NCBI RefSeq assembly: GCF_018977255.1 | Contig: NW_024704742.1 | Coordinates: 28,026,001 to 28,090,000, forward strand | Direction: 5' to 3' | DNA: 64,000 nt | Source: Callorhinchus milii | Taxonomy: Eukaryota | Made by a program: the position numbers and the translations under genes | Shown here: in pieces, positions 1 through 13,713 of the stretch | Layout: each line of letters opens with the position of its first letter | Numbering within the stretch: the stretch's first letter is position 1 | The notes under the pieces: generated by a model | The model's database searches: none | Told to the model about the DNA's origin: nothing | What the model saw: the letters and a program-made list of their open reading frames with translations, nothing else

Positions 1-104
1 AATTTTCACCAAACATATACTTTGAAAAGCTGTGTTTGTTGTTACATCGGCAATTGTGAAAGCTTATCTTTGTCAATAAGATCTCAGAAACAGAACTGAG
101 ATAA

Positions 105-345
105 ATAATCCTTACATTTCTACTGCGTTTACATTGGGACATCTCAAAGCACTTGACAGGATTGTTTTGTAAAGTGTAGTATCTGTGTTTTGTAAGTGAA
201 TGCAGCCAAATTGCATAGAGCAATGCCCCACAAACAGCCAGGAAGTAATAAGCAATTTTGTCCGGGGATTGTCAGTCAGGACACTGTGAGAAGCCCCCTT
301 TTTTCAACAAGCGCATGGGATCTTTAAGGCCTAAACAGGCAGAAA
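105..345 (-). mobile_element. Decayed Deu-domain SINE, 3' half
   Basis: Reverse complement of the SINE tail (aataatccttacattt, catctcaaagcact) and of the core (gcagccaaattgca...ccccacaaacagcca, catgggatctttaa). Confidence 0.65.
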
Positions 346-1944
346 TGGCCAACTCCATTTCCATCCCGAATTTTGTTTTCAACAACAACATTAAATTGTA
401 TTAAATTAATGATTGATATCAATCTTTAAAGCCCGAGTTGGACTGAGTGGAATATCTTCTGGTCCCATATCTGAATTGACTCTTCTACTGGGATGTTGAT
501 CATTTATGATGAGGTTATTGGTTTCAATGCTAAAAATCTTCTTTCTACAAAGTGAGCCTCTCCAATAAAACTTCAACAATATTCCATCACGTTTGAAATG
601 TCATTCATATATGGCTTGAGAAGGAAAGCTTTTTAAAGGAAAAAGCCTCCATATGTTAATGTTTTATCTATAATTGTATCGCATATTTAAATAAATCCCG
701 CACCAAATATCAATGAATAACATTTCTTTGCAGAAAACAAATAGCACTGAAGTAAATGTGTAATTATTTAAATTGGTAAGTCAATTTAAATATTAATATT
801 CATTTATCATCACTAATACATTATATTGCACAAAATTATTGAGCCTTCAGAATTTGAACAAAAGGTAATGTCAGATCTGGCAACGTTTTGTGTTTGCTGA
901 TGTAAATTGTTCCATGTAAGTCAATTAATACGCTGTAGCAAAATAGTTTTCCTTCATTCCTGAACCTCAGCTGCAGCATGCCTCATGCTTACCCTTTTTA
1001 TCTGTGAAAGGAATCGTTGCTCCTACTCGTTCTGTCTGACAACCCTGAGGACATTCCTGATAAGAAAAACAGACTGAGAATACAGATCTACACAGTCTGC
1101 TATTTTTACTGTAGGAGCTTTGAAGAAAACGTGATTACGATTTTGTTGGGCTTCTTTTTGAAAGCTATCTGAAGGTTCCAAAAATGTACTGTTATGAATA
1201 GGCAACTTAAAATTGTGAAGCCTTTTGAAAAATTACCTTTCACAAAGCAGAGTGAAGCTCTTAGCTCTCAGCTGAGAGTTCAGCATATCCTCATTGATGA
1301 CCGCAGTTATAAGTACAATGCCTATTGACACCAGATATTACTTTTGTCTGTAAGAGTTGTTCAGTAATCGTAATTCACATCTGTCAATCTATGACCTTTA
1401 AATTACCTGAAATAATTCTGTACAAAATGCAGGATGAATAATAGAGAACATCATCTTAAAATCGTGTTGACATCCAGTCTTTGAATGTGTAAGGCTGTGA
1501 GAAAGTTATTATTTAATCGTTTGTGAAATGTTAAACCTAGCAAGAATCAACAAATTATATTTTTGAAGCAGTTAATGAATGACAGTCGTTGTTAATGTAA
1601 AAAATATTTTTTTGAATGGTTATTTCTATTAAGCACTGTGTCACACTGAATTACTTGTAGACAGATACAGTCACGTGCCAGGCAGGTGTAACATTATGGT
1701 TAGCATACAAAATCCATTTCCATAGCGAAGATACTGCACTTAGTCATTAATAGCATATCTTTTTGTGTCATATTCCTGGAAGAAATCCATATGTTACTAC
1801 ATTTGAATCAGTTATGAAACATAGTATTTTTCACCTCCGTTGTCTATACTGAGGGTAAGAAGGCAGTGGATTGGATCACAACAAAATCTCAATCTGTTGT
1901 TTATCTTGGTGCAAATTTCCTCCAAGGGAAAGCGTGGAGTACAA

Positions 1945-2180
1945 TACAATTTGAATTTATTTATCACTTTTCACAGAAGGAGGGCATCTCAAAATGCTTG
2001 ACAAAGGTGGGCACCTGAATTGGGAGTGGGAGCCAAGCAGGGTAGGGGAGTGGAAAATTGAATGAAAGCACGGTCAAAGAGGTATGTTTTGAAATATGGC
2101 TGGAACGAGGGGTAATGGGGCGGGGGGAGGGGGAGGGAAGCAAGTTGGAGAGACTCTGGGATGAAGTTCCAGAGAGCAGG
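1945..2180 (-). mobile_element. Old L2 LINE 3' fragment
   Basis: Purine-rich stretch with gcacggtcaaagag...gagttccagag, homologous to the younger L2 copy at 54101-55341. Confidence 0.55.
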
Positions 2181-3067
2181 GGAAGAAATGTCTCAAATTG
2201 TGGGACATGTTTGGCGGGGAAATGGAGTTGGCCTATTTTTGTTGAATGAATGGAGCAGCCGAGTCAGTGTAGTTATGGGAATCCAAATCGTAAATAATTT
2301 CCCTAAGTGGGCAACATGTCCGTCCTTTGCACTGTGAGCACTGGCTTTTTTCCAGGCCAGAGCTAGGACCATAATCCAGTGAGATAAAGAAAACCAAAAG
2401 CAAAATCTATTTGTCTTCCAAGGTTCCCTGCACTCCCCTGGCAATTTGGTGATCAATGTTAATTAATATAATTGTATTCTTACTGGGGGATGCTAACATC
2501 AATACATGATGTTTGGTTGTACATCTTTTGATCAGATACAGACTTTGATCATTTTTCATTCATTCAGACTTGTATTTTGATTCTCACTTCAGCACTTTTT
2601 TCTGTTTAACTCCATGCTTTCCATCTGTAGCTGGGAAGACAAGTTGGCCTGTTTTCCTTCACATAAGATTTTTTCGTGGTCATAATTTGTTATGCATAAA
2701 TTTCCCTTGAGATACTCCGCTGTGAATATGTAGAACATATCAAATTCCCCTATTGAAAATGACTGTTTTTAAATGATAGTCATTTGCTCTGGGGATTCAA
2801 ACCTAGAATCCCCAGAGCAAATAGTCTGTGATAATTTTTGTCAAATATTAAGCTTGTCGTAAGTCAGGAATTTTGAATTGAACATTGTTAATTGAGTTCC
2901 AACAAATATACTTAATTCATGTATTCAAACTATATTCAGGTTAGTTATCTCCATGCCTTGTAACGACGTACCTTAGAAATATTCTTACTTTTTTATATTC
3001 AAAATAAATATCTAGCCTTACAATAGAATTTTTAAAATTATTATAAAAATGGTAATTTAAATTAGAT

Positions 3068-3450
3068 GTCTGCCTTGCTCCTTTAGTAACACTCTCACCT
3101 CTGATTCAGGAGGCTGTAGGTTCAAGCCTCACATTGTGAGTTTGAACGCACAGTCTTGGCTGACACTTGGGGGTGTGCTGCATTGTTGGAGGTGCTGTAT
3201 TTTGGAAGAGACATTGAACCAAGGTCCAGTCTGCATGTTCAAGTGTACTTCAAAGATTCCATGCCATTACTAAAAAAGAGCAGTGAGTTTCTCCCGGTGT
3301 CCTACCCACCAATTCTCCAGATGAAATTGGTCATTTATTTCATAACAGTTTGTAGTATGTTGCTGAATGCAAATTTGCTGCTGCATTTGCGTACAAGATA
3401 CACAGTCACTGCCCTGTGAAGCATTTCGTGATATTTTTCTGATATAAAGA
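3068..3450 (+). mobile_element. Deu-domain SINE (SacSINE1/AmnSINE-related), tRNA-derived head
   Basis: Head cctctga..cagg...ggttcaagcc; Deu core gctgcattgttggaggtgc...aaagattccatg...gagtttctcccggtgtcct; tail caaatttgctgc. Confidence 0.75.
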
Positions 3451-4572
3451 GTGCATTGGATTCAACTGGAACAATTCATTTGGTGCTGATAAAATGCAAT
3501 TTGTTGTTGTTATAGTTCTAGCTTTCCATTTGGTATCAGAAATCATCTCAATATCAGGCAAAATCTACATCATTATTGTAAGTTACAGCTAATACACCAT
3601 GTGGGTATTAACACAATCCATGCTTTGTGAAATTAAAGCCAGTGGACTTTACACTCTGAAATCTACATCTACAAAATTCTACAAAGTAATGTTATGTGTG
3701 CACATCTATCAGTTAAAGTAAGATTTGATAATTTCAAGTCTTCAAAACACTGTCCCTATGGATTCCTTTAATTTCCCTTGTGAAGTTAATGTCTAGTGCC
3801 AATTTTGAATATGTATGACAAGTTCACTAATTCTTTTGCAGTCATTGAACTAGATGTAGAATTTGACATAATGTTGGTTGGTGCATATTTCCTTCTGTTG
3901 AAAGAATAAGCCTTTCAAACATCTATGTGTTTGAAAATCCTTCTCTGCAATTGGTGCTATCTGGAAATGCTTGAAAGTTGGAGTTAGTTGCACAGCGCAG
4001 TAATGGTGTTATTTTTGTGTGGAGGAGGGGGAACCTTTAGCTCATGTGTGCTTTTTAAATCTGACAGCTTTCATCTTTTCTTGATATCGGGTTCTTTCAT
4101 TTCCATTCTCTTGGAGCTTGCCTTACCTTGACCAGCACAGCAATCAGTAATATCCTGATCCTTCCCTTTTCAAATTATTTTTTTGCTGATACCCACCTGC
4201 AGAGGGTGTTGAAAGTAGTTCAGTTTAAAGAGCATGTCATTGCTGGATGTCTCCTTTGATTCAGAACTTTTACTGACTTTGGCAAGCCAGTCATTAATTA
4301 ATTCATTAATTAATTAACCGTTCATTAATTTGTCATCCCCAATACATTGTTGATTACTATGCTTGGAGACTTCCAGGAACAATTCTACTCTAGTCCCTCA
4401 CATTCAGGGTTTATCAGTGGAACACAATGAAGATCCATCTATTACATTTCTTACAGGGATTCCTTCTGCTTTTCTCCACCTCCACAATATCGCCCATCTT
4501 CCATTCTGCTCCTCCCAAGTCCTGCCGACGAGCATGGAAGTTGGTCAGTCATCAGCAGTGTTCTTTCACCAT

Positions 4573-4885
4573 CATTATAATAAAACATATCTTTGCATTT
4601 GATATAGCACCTGATCACATCGTCGAGACATGTCAAAACCCTTCACAGAATATACTGTAAAGTGGATTGACTGTATATTTTGTGGGCGAAATGCGGCAGC
4701 GAATTACGCACTGCAGAGTCCCACAAACTGTCGTGGTTTGGACTGAACAATTTTAAAAAAAATTGGGAGTGATTATTACCACCACAAAGCAATTCTCCAA
4801 TCGACTAACAACTGGGTTCCTATTTACTGCTTGGTAAGCAGAGACGTGTGGTATAAGGAAACTTGCCTTAGGTTTTGCCGCTTGG
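4573..4885 (-). mobile_element. tRNA-derived SINE lacking its head
   Basis: Homologous to the copies at 34982-35327 and 55890-56257 (ttgcatttgatatagc, cttcacagaatatactgtaaagtg, aaggaaacttgcc). Confidence 0.8.
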
Positions 4886-5362
4886 CCTGATGTGCAGCCC
4901 CCATTCTCAAAATCATGTTATAACTTATTGTAAAGAATACAGGATTGTCTTATGAAATCTATATCTCAAAACAAATTGTCTAATTAATTGTAAAATTAGC
5001 AAGTGCTTAAATCCCAAGGAATGTAACTCTTCCTTTATTGCAATCTGCTTTGGGGAACAAAAGTATGCATTGTGCAAAATTTAAGAGTACTGAGACAGTT
5101 CACATTTCTTGCCAACTGAGGGATGAAATCTCACTTGGTGTTCCATCGCAACGACATTGACAATGCCTAATGGGATTTCCACATTATAACCACGCATCGT
5201 CAAAATCGCTACATGGAATGCTGACTGATCTTTCAGCTCTCTGAAGCAGAACTTGATGCCTTTAATGGAGTTATATTCTAGAAATGGAAACTTTTGATGA
5301 AAAAGAATGAAGGGGTATCTCTCGGAGAGCAGCATTGGAGGATATAAGGATAGTGCCAATAT

Positions 5363-5707
5363 AGTAATAATAATGCTTGTATTTTGATATAGTGCCTTAT
5401 CACGTCATTGAGACATCTCAACTTAATTCACAGAATATACTGTAAAGTGAATTCACTGTATCATTTTGGGCAAAGCATGGCAGCCAGTTGTACACAGCAA
5501 TGTCTTACAAACAGTCGTGGATTGAGTGAACCTATTATTATTTTTTAAGCGATTATTACCCCCAGAAAAGCAATCGGCCAGTTGACTAACAACTTACTGT
5601 TCCTACTTACTGCTGGTAAACACAGACATGTGAAATAAGAAAATTTGCCTAAGGTTTTGCCATAACCAGGAATCGAACCTGGGTCCTCTCGCCTGCGAGG
5701 CGAATGT
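5363..5707 (-). mobile_element. tRNA-Ala-derived SINE
   Basis: Reverse B-box (ggaatcgaacctggg), anticodon arm and (TAT)n tail. Confidence 0.8.
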
Positions 5708-6580
5708 TAAATATTTTTTTTCTGAGGCTGCATGAGTATGATTTTGATCACTCACGTCAAGATAATTCCCATAATATCAGGAGTCGGAGAAAAAAAAGTT
5801 TAAAACTTTATGGTCAAAAACTAAATACCTCAGATTTCTGGTAGCAGAATAGTTTGAAAATTGGAACATTGGAAAAGGGGGGCAGGCATGTCACCATTGG
5901 CCATTCAATGCATTACACCAGGTTTAGTGTGAAGCTCACAATCACATTGAATTATATAGATTTACACAGAATTACATACAGCATGGAAATAGACCATTAG
6001 GCCAAACTAGTCCTAGCGCTCTGGGATGCTACCCTGCAGGAGGGACACTGTATAAATGCAAGCAGTTGTTGTTGGTAACAACATTGTACATGTTGATGCT
6101 TTCTATTTCAACCATAGCTTCTGGCAATAAATTCCCCATTTTGATCCACCATTTGCATAAATAAGGTCCTTCTAAACTCCCTTCTAGATCTCCCACTGGC
6201 TCTCTTACATTCATGTACTTTTGATGTATTAAGCTCACAATAAACCTTGTTAATACTGTGATAAGTTAAGGAATACATTAAAGGACATTGCAAATGTTAT
6301 CTCAGAGTGTTGAGGTGAGATCTATGAAGGGGCAAATTTTAATGTGAGAACAACAGGCCTGTGTGAGGACTTTTTAATCTCCTAAGGAGTTGTTGGCTTG
6401 CCCTTCCTTAGCATTTAATTCCAGCTTCAAGGCATTTCTTAGCACTAAAAACACAACTGGATGTTTGAAGTGAAGACTCCAAAGCCTGTCAGCAATAAAG
6501 GGTAGCAAAAGGCAAATATTGAGACTCTCAGTAGAAAGCATAAGACTGCCATCTCATACAATGGTCCTCTATTCACACAG

Positions 6581-6682
6581 CAAGAAGAGAAGATTCTGGG
6601 GGGGAAATTAAGAAAACAGGATCGCTGAAGAAAAAAGTCAAAGAACTCAAGATATTGGATAACAAAACAGCACAAAACCTTT
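6581..6682 (+). CDS. DIAPH1: Diaphanous-related formin (DIAPH1-like), internal FH2 coding exon, 102 nt, phase 1-1
   Basis: Acceptor ...attcacacag| and donor |gtgagt. Translates xRREDSGGEIKKTGSLKKKVKELKILDNKTAQNL(S), matching the diaphanous KKKVKELK.LD.KTAQNLS motif. DIAPH1 versus DIAPH2 is judged by eye only. Confidence 0.9.
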
Positions 6683-6836
6683 GTGAGTACTTTTTTTTTG
6701 AAATATTGATTTATAGATATATTTTTAAACTGATGATGTGCTCTATTTTGATGAATTGCTTCTTTGTAATGATTAATACATCACTCTTTATTAAAAAAAA
6801 TTGTGAATGTCAGATTTCAACGACTCCTGCTTTTAA

Positions 6837-7130
<294 letters not shown>

Positions 7131-7504
7131 TGAAAGGTAAAGGAATGCTGAAACATGTCGTAATGTGATTGTAGAAAAATCAAAGGGATTTTAGGTACTC
7201 AAACAATTATATTAACAACTTGAAAGAGTGCCAAATACTTGGCAGATTGTTGAATGTACTACTGCAACAGCATCTCAGTGCTAAAAGCAAGAGCCTAGCC
7301 CTTCAGCAAATCAATGCTGTCATGTGGTCTGCTTCCTATAGCATTGACTTCCCAATGAAATTGCACTATTCCACTCCAAAGGGTCCCCTTCAGTATTGAT
7401 ATACTTTGTTTGATCTCATCTCCTCTATGGAGAGTTTCTATTATCCATCTTATTTTAACAGTGGCATTCCATTGTACTAGTCAGAAAAAATAGTAAGCAC
7501 TCAA

Positions 7505-7640
7505 TAGTACTGTGTTTTGATGAAAGATATTGGCAAATGGAGAAAAAGGCAGGTACATGGGACCGAATGGATTGCTCTTTTAAAGAACCAGTGCTGGCAC
7601 AATGGGCTGAATAGCCTTCTTTGGTGTTGTAAATTTCTAA
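7505..7640 (+). mobile_element. CR1 LINE 3' end fragment
   Basis: ctctttt-aaagaacca...caatgggctgaatagccttct...gtaaatttcta, homologous to the CR1 terminus at 61610-61690. Confidence 0.6.
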
Positions 7641-9847
7641 AGCTTACTGTTGCAGTTTGTTCATAGTTTGTAACTAGAATTTTTTTGTATGACAAAATAA
7701 ATGTTCTATCATTGGCTCATTGACGTGAGGGGCAGAGTCCTTGAACACATGCTTTTTGGAGTTTTGAAATCAATTGATCCCAGATCAGGAATAATAGTCA
7801 ATGAAAAAGGTAGTGTAGTTAAGATTGTTTGAACAATTTGATTTCTTCCTTCAATAGAACTCACCCAGCTACTTTCCATTGCAGTTTCAAATATCTCTTA
7901 ACTGAGTTAAAAACCCTAACCTCAGCTGTCCTTCCTGGTAACCCATTCTAGTTGTTCCTTACATTCTATAGTAAATAAGTATTTTCCACCATCGATCCTA
8001 AACTTGCTCTTCACAACGCTGAAGATGTGCCCTCATTTCCTGCTGCCTTGACAAACTTGAAAATATTATTCCGGGTTTACTTTCTCTTTCCCATTTAGCT
8101 CGTTATACAACTCTGTAAAGTTCCTTTGAAATTATTTCTTTAGAAAGGCTTTGAAGGTTAATGAGTCCTACGTTGATCTAATTCCCTCAAAGCTCATCTC
8201 TGGGCATCCCACTGGGCATCATCATCTTTGCTGTCTAGTGAACAGTGTTTTGGACTTACGAACAGCGACCAGAACTTTTCAAGGTGTGCTCCAGTGTCAG
8301 CTTTCTAACAGAAATTTGGTATGACATTTTATTTCTGCTCACAAATGCACACACAAACACAAAATTGTATATCGACGCTTTCAAGGTCAAGTTTCCACGT
8401 GTCAGAATACTTACCAATCTTTGTGCCTTAAGCTTATAATTGGGGAAATTCCTAATAATGTCAAGGTCGATAAATATTTACCAAAAAGCGAAGTATTAAC
8501 CATCGTCCTACAATGTCAAAATTAAGATGCTGTGGGAAAATGGTTTATATTCCCATCTATTTAAACTGGCTGCCATCTACAGCAGAACAAGGAGCCAGCA
8601 CAACATATTGGCTGAACACAATGTGAGCTGAAGGACATGTGCTGTTGCTGACGTTTGCTTTCTTGCTGTTTGTGAACAGGTAAGACATTTTCAGCTGCTG
8701 ACAAACAATGTGCCAGAGCAGGCTGAGTATGCAGCATTTCTCTTGGAGCTTTGAAAGCAAACTGCAAAATTACAGAATAATAATCATAATAATTCCATTT
8801 GATATAGCACTTTTCTCACCGGGAGGACATCTCAAAGCGTTTCACATTATGTACTGCAAACGACGTAATGTAACAACTGAGTCAATTGTTAGAAAATTAC
8901 AAATTAGATACAAATTAGATTAAGTCAATCATTTTGCAGATCAGTTCAATCTTCCTGAGAGAGATTTATAATCGTATAATAAAATGTGCAAGAAGATAAA
9001 GTATTCAATCTCCCCCGAAGATGTTTAGTAACTGCATTTGTTGGCGATGGAAATCCTGGTTGCTCTTTCAGAAACTTTGCACACAATTAGCAGGGTGATA
9101 ATTGCATGGTGTATTTGATGGTTTTCACTGGTTATTATAATTAGCAACTGTCCATGCCTATGATTTTCCCTCTCCCTCTTCTGGTTGTTACACCAGAGTT
9201 ACTGTCAGAGTGCGGCTTCCAAGTGAATGGATAATGGCTTTACATAAAATTACATGGAATGTTACAGCACGGAAATAGGGCATACAGCACAACTAGCCCA
9301 TGCCGATGTTTAAACTCCGCACAGGCCTCTGCACAGGCCTCCCTCCGCACCTCCTAATACCCTCTTCTATATCACTCTGTTCTTGGTTATTTTAATCAAC
9401 TGCCTCGCCCATATTTTTTTGACAATGTGATGATCAAAATGAAAATTGTTATGTCAATTGAAGGCCCGTCATCGCCTTCTCAGCCACAAGGGATGAACAA
9501 AGACATAAATACTGGGCCTTCCAGTGACTCTCACATCCCGAAGCAATTAAAAGAAAACCTCTGATCACTTTCACCCCAGTATTACAAGTGTAGATTTCCT
9601 GATAATGTATATGGAATCAAAACAAGATGATTTCATTTACCCTTGCAATGCATCCCAGTACCTGTTGTTATGTTTTGATCAGTTTGGTTAGTAACCACAC
9701 TTAGAACAATCTTCCATTTCCACAGTTGTTAATTGCATTGTTCGTGTTTCTGCTTTCAGCCTGAATTACCTGGTATTTATTTGGATTGAAATCTACCTGC
9801 AGTTCCTTAACCTATTTGTCTTAATGCAGAATAACAAAAGGTCACGG

Positions 9848-10290
9848 GTGTCGGGCTGGCTCTGTTGGGAGCGCTTATGCCTCTGAGTCAGGAGATTGCA
9901 GGTTCAAGCCTCACGTAGGGATTTGGAACTCATAACCACATCTGATACTCCAGTGCAGTGCTGGGGATGCGCTGCATTGTTGGAGGTGCCATCCTTCGGT
10001 TGAAACGCTAAACCAAGGTCCCAACTGCCTGTTCTGGTGGACGTTAAAGATCCCATGAGACGATTCAAAAGGAAAAGGGAGTTTCTCCCAATATTTGGCA
10101 TATAATCCCTGAGATAAAAATGACCATAAATTTCACGGCTGTTTGGAGACATTGCTTGGTTCAAATTGGCTGCTTCATTCACCTAAAAAATACACAGTCA
10201 TTCCACTTTACAGTAAAATCCTATTGAGATGTGTCCTGACATGAATAGTGCTATATATAAAATGCAAGGATTTTTATTATTATTTTATTA
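9848..10290 (+). mobile_element. Near full-length Deu-domain SINE
   Basis: tRNA-like head with ggttcaagcc, Deu core (ggaggtgccatccttcgg...ggtggacgttaaagatcccatg) and tail aatgcaaggat(tat)n. Confidence 0.85.
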
Positions 10291-12649
10291 TAATAGGGAA
10301 CATTTCACCCCAAATCTTGACTGTCCACCAGTAGACACCAATAAAACTGGGTAGACATTCATGAAACAGTCTAATAAAACTGGGCATTTTCTAATTTGAA
10401 ACAATCAGCACTAAATGTATCTTGTGATCTCATGGAGGCCTTTTTGCCATAGACTTGGTTGCAGGAAAATGGTTTATTCATAGTCGTGCTTCTCAGGAAG
10501 TTTCAAACAACATTCCTTGAAAATGTACATATATTATAATACCTGGCTGAACAAAATGTGTGCAAGTCAATTTAAATTAATTGAGAAAAAGAGTGTAATG
10601 TACATAGAATTTAGATATTCATGAGTTATTTGAAATTCACAGTGATTGAATCTGTATAAATACTACAGAAAAGCTCTTAAGGTCAACCCTGTAAAGTGGA
10701 TTTAACCTGTAGCAAATAATGGCACAGAGGACTAAAAGGGCCAGTGTCTTTGTGAAAAAAAAGTCTTAGCAAACAAAATAAGGAGGTTTTCAGACAATGA
10801 AGAAGACTTTAAAAAAAAGGTTGCTCCAAACTTCCCAAATTGGTCATTGATATTTAAAAGAAGAAAAAAGAAAGATGCATGATAGATTTCAGAGGTTAAT
10901 GTAGATCAAAATGTTTGGAATGAATAGAAAATACTGTCGTAAGAAGGTCAATTCAGGTTCTCAGGGCAGATATATTTTTTAACTCTGGCACATTTTTACT
11001 GATAAGACTGCACGACTATAAACTTTAGTAGTCTTTGTCTGTGAATAAACACAGTATCCTCAGTCATTGTGCTGCAGATCTCTGGAATCCCTCTCCCAAT
11101 ATCCCTTTGCCTTACACAACCTGCTCTTCCTGCTTTGAAAATATATTTCTTTATCTGTGGCTTTGATCAATTTTTTTGTGTTTTTGGTCAGCCAGATGTC
11201 TGACACATATTCGGAAACCCATCACCATGCATAAAAATATCCAAACCAAACTGAGATTTCCATGCATCCCACCTACACATGGAAACCCCAGAGATAGATT
11301 GTTGGAATGGAATGCGCACTCTCTCCCTGGAGGGACACATCCTGCTTACACCATTCCGGAAAGTATTAGGTGCAGGTTGGCAAGAGCCAAGGCTTGGGGA
11401 CCGCAGAGTGTGTTGAGGTACTGGTGGAGTCTAACTAGCTAAAATGGCATAGCTTTCCAATGATATTGCTGTCCGGCAAGCTTTCTTGCTGTTTGTCCAA
11501 CTAGGACCACCCTACCCATTAGAGCTTTGGCTTGCAGGGTTAACAGGAGCTGAGTGGGATGACTCCCTGCCACCAGTGATTGGTCTGCCCTTCCAGGTCC
11601 CGCCGATGAACCAGGCTGTGCTGTCACCAGCAGTGCCATGGAGTACTGACATTCCATTGCCAGGCATGTCACCTTGGAGCCAGTTCAGCTCCAAGGAGAC
11701 CCCACTTTCTCTCACCCTCAAACTCCCCCTTCATTCCTTCGATCTTAGTGAAATATAGGAATACTGTGAGATACACAACTAAGATATTGAGGAACGACAG
11801 GATCCAGTATGAATGATTGAAATAGCTGTATATTTATATTTTGGTACAATGAATCCTATATTGATACAGTACATCGGGTGGGGTGTTAGCCAGCTGGGTG
11901 CCTGTCCGTCTATGATCAATATGGAATTTCAACACCATGCTTTTTAGCATCCAAACTAGAATAAGAGTTCCAAATATTTAAGCTGCCTACATATTGCAAA
12001 TGTCAGTATCTGGACCTGAGTGTGTGCTATCTCCCTGGAGGGGTACACCCTGCTTACCTAAATATGGATAATATTAAATACAGGTTTGGTGTGAGCCAAA
12101 ACTTGGTTCCCAGAGTGTGTATTGGATTATTGCTGGAGTTTTAACAAGCTACCTTGCCACTGAGAGTACTGTCTGTTATATTCTGTGTTGATCAACTCTT
12201 TCAATAAAGAAGCAATTAATTGTCTTCAATTAAATTGACTGTGGGAGCCAGCAGGCCAGAGTGTAATCCTGGAGCTAAGCATATAATTGATCTTTTCAGA
12301 AAGAATCTCATCTCCCGATACAAGAACACACCCTCTGAAGTTTAGAATAAATAATAATAATAATTTAGTCACTCAATCCATGGCTGTTTGTGGGACACTG
12401 CTGTGTGCAATTGGTTGCTGCTTTTTGCCCACAAAATATGCAGTCAATTCACTTTACAGCATATTCTGTGAAATGTTTTTGAAATGTCTCAAAGACAGGT
12501 TAAGGCGCTATATTCAATGCAAGGATTATTATTATTATAAATTTGGGTTGGTCATGTCATAAGGCAGGTTGGGGGGAAAGGTTAGTAATTCGATTTTTTT
12601 AGTAAAAGTCTAGAAACTAAATTATTGTATTATGGTGCTTGGATGCAAA

Positions 12650-13713
12650 ACTTATAATAATGAATAATAATATAATAATTGTTGCATTTGGTATAGCACT
12701 TTTCACATCGGGAGAACATGCCACAGGATTTTAGTGTGAAGTGGAGTGACTATGTATTTGTAAGGCACTATGATAGGCCAATTGCAAACAGAAATGCCCG
12801 GCAAATAGCCATGAAACAAATGATCAATTTTATTTGCGGGATTGTTGGCTAGGACATCGGGAGAAACTCCCTTCTGTTTTGAAATTGTGCTATGGGATCC
12901 GCAACATTGCCAGATTCTGCCATCGCCTCACCCCTCAGGCTGCCGAAACCCTCACCCACGCATTCGTCACATCAAGGCTTGATTACGGGAACTCCCTCCT
13001 CATCGGCCTTCCCAACTCTTCCCTTCACAAACTGCAGATCATCCAAAGCTCTGCAGCTCATGTACTCTCACACACCAGGTTCCGTGATCCCATCACTCCC
13101 ACCCTCGCCCGACGCCACTGGCTCCCCATCCCGCAGAGGATCGAGTTCAAGATCCTCGTCCTCACTATTAAGGCCATCAATGGCCTTGCCCCCTCCTACC
13201 TCTCTGATCTGCTGACTCCCTTCCAACCTGCCCACTCCCTCCATTCAGCGGGCTCCAGCCTGCTCCATGTGTCCCGCCCGATCATCAGTGGCCGGGCTTT
13301 CAGCCTCTTTGCCCCCACACTCTGGAACTCCGTCCCATGGTCCCTTCGACTCGTTTCCTCCCTTGCCACCTTCAAGGCCGGTCTCAAGATCCTTCTCTTC
13401 GACCTTGCCTTTGGTCTCCCTCCCACTACTCCACCCCTCCCCCATGCTTGGGCCCCGACACTGAGTGTTCAGCACTTTGGGACGTCCTCCCAACGTGAAA
13501 GGCGCTTTATAAATGTAATTTTGTTGTTGTTTAACGTCCACCTAAACAGGCAGATGGGAACTTGTTTTAAACATCTCATTTAAAGGACGGCATCTCTGAC
13601 AATGCACATATCCCCCAGCACTCATCTCAGACTGTGAGTTCAAGTCCAAATGTGAAACTTAAACCCACTGTCTTCTGACTCAGAGGTGAGAGCGCTACCA
13701 CTGAGCCACGCTG
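12650..13713 (-). mobile_element. Deu-domain SINE interrupted by an L2 insertion (SINE parts ~12650-12899 and 13530-13713)
   Basis: The SINE motif atgggatc|tttaacgtccacc is split at the L2 ends, and the head resumes to ctgactcagagg...ctaccactgagcc. Confidence 0.8.
12900..13529 (+). mobile_element. 5'-truncated L2 LINE (ORF2 C-terminus and 3' end)
   Basis: Encodes RNIAR...AETLTHAFVTSRLDYGNSLL...LHKLQIIQ...HWLPIPQRIEFKIL. Ends gggacgtcctcccaacgtgaaaggcgctttataaatg followed by a (ttg)n tail. Confidence 0.92.

Noticed and set aside
405..1205. Short minus-strand open frames as a possible nested gene
   Set aside because: No recognisable domain, exon structure or continuity between the frames.
12834..13583. 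249-aa ORF, the longest in the track
   Set aside because: It is a chance read-through from SINE sequence into an L2 ORF2 C-terminus, not a host gene.
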